A stretch of 62,333 bases of DNA. Source: an uncultured Actinomycetes bacterium (lineage in GTDB: Bacteria > Actinomycetota > Actinomycetes > UBA12327). Numbering within the stretch: position 1 is the first letter of the stretch; the number at the start of each line of letters is the position of its first letter. The stretch spans positions 1 through 62,333 of the forward strand of contig CAIXNN010000056.1 of assembly GCA_903920865.1 (NCBI GenBank), written 5' to 3'. The translations under genes were made by a program, and so were the position numbers. Below, piece after piece: positions 57,632 to 62,333 of this stretch. Below the pieces are notes generated by a model. The model had not been told where the DNA came from. It searched no databases and was given only the letters and a program-made list of their open reading frames with translations.

Positions 57632-58649
57632 TCGGCTGTAGGTCCCGATACTGCGCCAGCGAGATAGCTGGTGGACGTTGCACGATGCTCATGTCATTGC
57701 GATAGGCCTGATGTCCGGCCTGGGTCGCAGTAAATTGCGTCAGGGTGGTCTGGGGTTCGTCAATGAGCACGATGCGGCCGTCGCGATCAAGCCGATCAAG
57801 TGCTACTTGCCAAATTTCAGTTGCCATTCGACCCAGTGCCTGCAGGTCCTGGTGGCGATGAACGCGCTCGCCGAGATCTACTTGCGCTAGGGCGCTGAGC
57901 CCACGCAGTGAAACCGTGTCCACCAGGAGGGCAAGTTCGATGCCGTAGCCGGTAGGAAATGGAAGTTTCTCCAACAGCGACCGGCGGGCGGCATATTCCC
58001 CGGCCAGTGGCTGGATAACTCCGCTCAATTCTGGCCAATGAAGATTCAAAAGCGGCCGAGCTACTAACTCGGTGACCCGACCACCACCGGCTCCAAAGAT
58101 CGAATCCGCAGTTGAACCAGCAGTTCCTCCTTGGTCCATCTGCTCATCGCTTATTGAGGTGGGACGTTCATAAAATCCCTTGACCAGATCAACGCCGGGG
58201 TCGGTCAGCAAAGGTCCGAGCAAGCCGGTGACGTAGGTAGCGGTGAAGTTCTTAAGGTCAGCATCGAGGAAGACGATGATCTCCCCGCTGGTACAAAAAA
58301 GTGAGCGCCACATTGCTTCGCCTTTACCCGGCAGGGCGTCAAGGCCGGTGATGATCAAGTCGTGAGCAAAGACCCGAGCACCAGCGCGCGTTGCTACCTC
58401 TGCTGTCTGATCGCTCGAGGCGCCGTCGATGACCACGATTTCGTCAATCAGTGGCTGGTCCTGCATTAATTCGTTACGAATTGTGGCGATGATGGACCCG
58501 ATAGTTTCGGCTTCATTCAGAGCTGGAAGAACGACCGAGATCTTGGTTTTGCCCTTGCCCTTGAGCAGAGCGGTCATGGACCAATCGGAGGCCGTGCTGG
58601 TGTGGGAATCAAGCCAGGACAGTGCGTCCACAAGAACTCCTTGAGGCAC
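57624..58649 (-). CDS. gpgS: Glucosyl-3-phosphoglycerate synthase (GT81)
   Basis: Colinear with M. tuberculosis GpgS (from memory): ISVVLPALNEAETI, GKGEAMWRSL, GGGRVTELVARPLL, QPLAGEYAA. Confidence 0.88.
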   Translation of the reverse strand: MPQGVLVDALSWLDSHTSTASDWSMTALLKGKGKTKISVVLPALNEAETIGSIIATIRNELMQDQPLIDEIVVIDGASSDQTAEVATRAGARVFAHDLIITGLDALPGKGEAMWRSLFCTSGEIIVFLDADLKNFTATYVTGLLGPLLTDPGVDLVKGFYERPTSISDEQMDQGGTAGSTADSIFGAGGGRVTELVARPLLNLHWPELSGVIQPLAGEYAARRSLLEKLPFPTGYGIELALLVDTVSLRGLSALAQVDLGERVHRHQDLQALGRMATEIWQVALDRLDRDGRIVLIDEPQTTLTQFTATQAGHQAYRNDMSIVQRPPAISLAQYRDLQPIN

Positions 58650-58730
58650 CGTAGGGGGAAAGATCAGCGGCCTTGCGCTAAGGTACTACTACCGGTTGGT
58701 TAATCCCACAGGTAATACAACTTCATATAG

Positions 58731-58862
58731 CTCATCCCGAGGGGCAGAGGGAACGGCCCGTTGAAGCCCCGGCAACCACTCCGAAGACACCTACATCACG
58801 TAGGCGGCCGCCGGATCAGGTGCCAAGTCCGTCCAAACGCATCAGCGATTTGGAAAGATGAG
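58731..58862 (+). promoter_or_regulatory. SAM-I (S-box) riboswitch aptamer
   Basis: P1 is CTCATC...GATGAG. The core reads GAGGGGCAGAGGGAACGGCCCGTTGAAGCCCCGGCAACC...GGTGCCAAGTCC. P4 is TCCAAA/TTTGGA. The aptamer ends 17 nt before the GTG of the downstream gene, with GAAAGG as the likely SD. Confidence 0.85.
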
Positions 58863-58879
58863 ACGAAAGGCCTCAACCC

Positions 58880-60154
58880 GTGAGCACTCCCACAATCGCA
58901 GCCAACGACGCTGGCATTGAAAGCGCCGGTCCCGCGAGATGTTTAACCTGCCGAGAATGTGGCGCTGAATATCCGCTCGAAGCTCGTTATGCCTGTGAAC
59001 AATGTTTTGGCCCCTTGGAAATTTCCTATGACTTTGTTGGTGTGACCAGGCAGAGCATCCAAGCCGGACCCTCCAATATGTGGCGCTACGCAGGTTTGTT
59101 GCCAGTGGGTCCCGATGTTAACGGCGGCAAGAATTTGCAACCAGGCTTTACACACTTAATCAAGGCAGACAACTTGGCAAAGGCCTTGGGCATGCGCGCG
59201 CTGTGGGTCAAGGACGACAGTGGTAATCCGACTCACTCGTTTAAGGATCGCGTGGTTGCGGTTGCTTTGGAAAATGGCCGACGCCTGGGATTCACCACGG
59301 TGGCTTGTGCCTCGACCGGCAACTTAGCCAATGCAGTTGCTGCGGCTGCCGCTCGCGCTGGTCTGAAATCGTGCGTGGTGATTCCTCACGACCTTGAAGA
59401 TGGCAAGACAGTGACTACCGCAGTGTATGGCGGCACCTTAATTGAGATTGAGGGCAGTTACGACGATGTAAATCGGGTCTGCTCCGAGGTTGCCAGTGAT
59501 GACGAGTGGGGATTCGTGAATGTGAATTTGCGTCCCTACTACGCCGAAGGGTCCAAGACCTTGGGTTATGAAGTCGCTGAGCAATTGGGCTGGAGATTGC
59601 CGGCCCAAGTTGTGGTGCCCATTGCGTCAGGCTCGCTGATGACCAAGATTGATAAGGCGTTTACCGAGTTCATCAAGCTCGGTCTTGTTCAGGCTTCGCC
59701 CTACAAGATTTTTGGCGCCCAAGCCACGGGCTGTTCGCCGGTTGCAACAGCGTGGAAAGCAGGCGTTGATGTGATCAAGCCACAAAAGCCGAACACCATC
59801 GCGAAGTCGTTAGCTATTGGTAACCCAGCCGATGGCCCCTACGCCATTGACGTGGCTAACCGCACGGGCGGGGCGATCGAAGATGTCACCGACGATGAAG
59901 TGGTGGAGGGTATTCGTCTGCTGGCGCAAACTGAAGGCATTTTCGGCGAAACTGCCGGTGGCGTCACGGTGGCCTGTTTACGAAAGTTGTTAGCTCAGGG
60001 TTTGATTGACCCCAACGCCGATACGGTCGTGCTCAACACAGGTGATGGTTTGAAAACTTTGGATGCGGTTTCCGGCGTGGTTGGGCCTACTGCCACAATT
60101 CCGGCATCGCTAGAGCAGTTCAGAGCAGCAGTGAAGGAAGCGGGTCTGTCATGA
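58880..60154 (+). CDS. ThrC-family PLP enzyme with N-terminal zinc ribbon (MetM-like homocysteine synthase candidate; annotated type 'threonine synthase')
   Basis: 424 aa with CLTCRECG...CEQC zinc ribbon, the PLP-lysine motif HSFKDR, and fold-type II. Confidence 0.8.
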   Translation: MSTPTIAANDAGIESAGPARCLTCRECGAEYPLEARYACEQCFGPLEISYDFVGVTRQSIQAGPSNMWRYAGLLPVGPDVNGGKNLQPGFTHLIKADNLAKALGMRALWVKDDSGNPTHSFKDRVVAVALENGRRLGFTTVACASTGNLANAVAAAAARAGLKSCVVIPHDLEDGKTVTTAVYGGTLIEIEGSYDDVNRVCSEVASDDEWGFVNVNLRPYYAEGSKTLGYEVAEQLGWRLPAQVVVPIASGSLMTKIDKAFTEFIKLGLVQASPYKIFGAQATGCSPVATAWKAGVDVIKPQKPNTIAKSLAIGNPADGPYAIDVANRTGGAIEDVTDDEVVEGIRLLAQTEGIFGETAGGVTVACLRKLLAQGLIDPNADTVVLNTGDGLKTLDAVSGVVGPTATIPASLEQFRAAVKEAGLS

Positions 60155-60435
60155 GTATTACCGTTCGGGTTCCCACAATCTTGCGTACCTACACCGACGG
60201 TGCCGCTGAGGTAAGTGTTGAAGTCGCTGATGGCGCGAGCCTGGCTGATGTTCTCAAGGCGTTAGAGGCCAACCACGCGGGGATTTCAGCTCGAGTGCTC
60301 GATGACAACGGAGCCCTGCGCAGGTTCGTCAATATTTACGTGGGCGATGAAGATGTGCGCTTTACCGATGGTCTGAATACGCCGGTTTCAGCAGGGGCCA
60401 CCGTTTCAGTGATCCCAGCGGTCGCGGGCGGCTAA
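60151..60435 (+). CDS. MoaD/ThiS-family sulfur-carrier protein (CysO/MetO-like)
   Basis: 94 aa ending AVAGG, highly similar in pattern to M. tuberculosis CysO (IPTILR, RFVNIYV.DEDVRF). 4-nt overlap with the upstream gene. Confidence 0.88.
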   Translation: MSITVRVPTILRTYTDGAAEVSVEVADGASLADVLKALEANHAGISARVLDDNGALRRFVNIYVGDEDVRFTDGLNTPVSAGATVSVIPAVAGG

Positions 60436-60462
60436 AGGGCTCTAGTCCTTGGGGACCCGGGT

Positions 60463-60521
60463 TTGCACTCTCAGGCAGCCAGTGCCAAACTTGGGGTAGC
60501 ACTCGAACCCTGTGAGTGCTA
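60463..60521 (+). promoter_or_regulatory. Two tandem CIRCE (HrcA operator) elements upstream of groEL
   Basis: TAGCACTC-N9-GAGTGCTA at 60497-60521 is near-perfect. TTGCACTC-N9-CAGTGCCAA at 60463-60488 is degenerate. Confidence 0.8.
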
Positions 60522-60556
60522 GCCGGCGCCGAGTTGGCCCCGGTCTCATCCGTTGA

Positions 60557-62206
<1,650 letters not shown>

Positions 62207-62223
62207 TCCCACTCAAACATCGG

Positions 62224-62262
62224 TAAGGGATCGACCACGCCGTGGTCGGTCCCTTACTTTTT
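62224..62262 (+). terminator. Rho-independent terminator of groEL
   Basis: Stem taagggatcgaccac / gtggtcggtccctta with loop gcc, followed by cttttt. Confidence 0.85.
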
Positions 62263-62296
62263 GCCTAAATCGCTCCGGTGTACCACACTGGACTTG

Positions 62297-62333
62297 ATGA
62301 GTATCTTGGTTGATCCACCAAAGTGGCCGGCAC
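62297..62333 (+). CDS. 5' end of a CDS running off the right edge (MSILVDPPKWPA..., DUF4031-like start)
   Basis: An ATG at 62297 with only 12 codons visible. The family guess rests on the remembered M..L.DPP.WPAHG N-terminus. Confidence 0.3.
   Translation, partial: MSILVDPPKWPA

Overview
This is a 62.3-kb chromosomal window from a mycothiol-producing actinobacterium. Supporting genes are mshA, mshD, GlnR, CarD, SenX3/RegX3 and a CIRCE-controlled groEL. GC looks mid-50s % by eye and was not computed. The window is almost wall-to-wall coding and very compact, with many 1-, 4- and 8-nt gene overlaps. I found no transposase, integrase, CRISPR array, rRNA or recognisable defence genes.

Gene blocks, left to right:
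1. A partial ABC exporter plus three small enzymes.
2. A minus-strand purine block: purL-purQ-purS-galE-purC-purB, two inserted accessory genes, then purD and purA.
3. A phosphate block: a copZ-like gene with pstBACS, preceded by a translationally coupled glnR-mshD-ppk-mutT1 operon.
4. A sulfur block: thioredoxin-like gene, Cys-containing leader ORF, DUF4395, rhodanese and DUF1416.
5. Nitrobindin, then Fur coupled to ygfZ.
6. A roughly 12.4-kb envelope-glycan locus (28.07-40.45 kb). It combines GDP-fucose genes, the decaprenyl-phospho-arabinose pathway (dprE1/dprE2/UbiA-type PRTase), a Wzx flippase, GT2/GT4/GT26 enzymes, a priming phosphoglycosyltransferase and an unassigned polytopic membrane protein.
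7. A DUF4388/PATAN-like protein with a perfect 15-bp tandem repeat, divergent from an rsiG-MIP channel-arsC string.
8. DUF2516-mshA-ybjN-gpmA, then phoU divergent from senX3-regX3.
9. carD-ispD-ispF-cysS-rlmB, tRNA-Thr, a PLP decarboxylase and gpgS.
10. A SAM-I riboswitch in front of a ThrC-like/MoaD-like pair (metM/metO-type homocysteine route), then groEL.

The observations most worth follow-up are:
- the two-motif c-di-GMP-type RsiG next to the repeat-bearing DUF4388 protein;
- the composite Araf/Fuc glycan locus and its orphan membrane protein;
- the Cys-containing leader ORF upstream of the sulfurtransferase operon;
- the SAM-riboswitch-controlled metM/metO pair.

All product calls rest on motif recognition and remembered synteny. 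No database searches were run.
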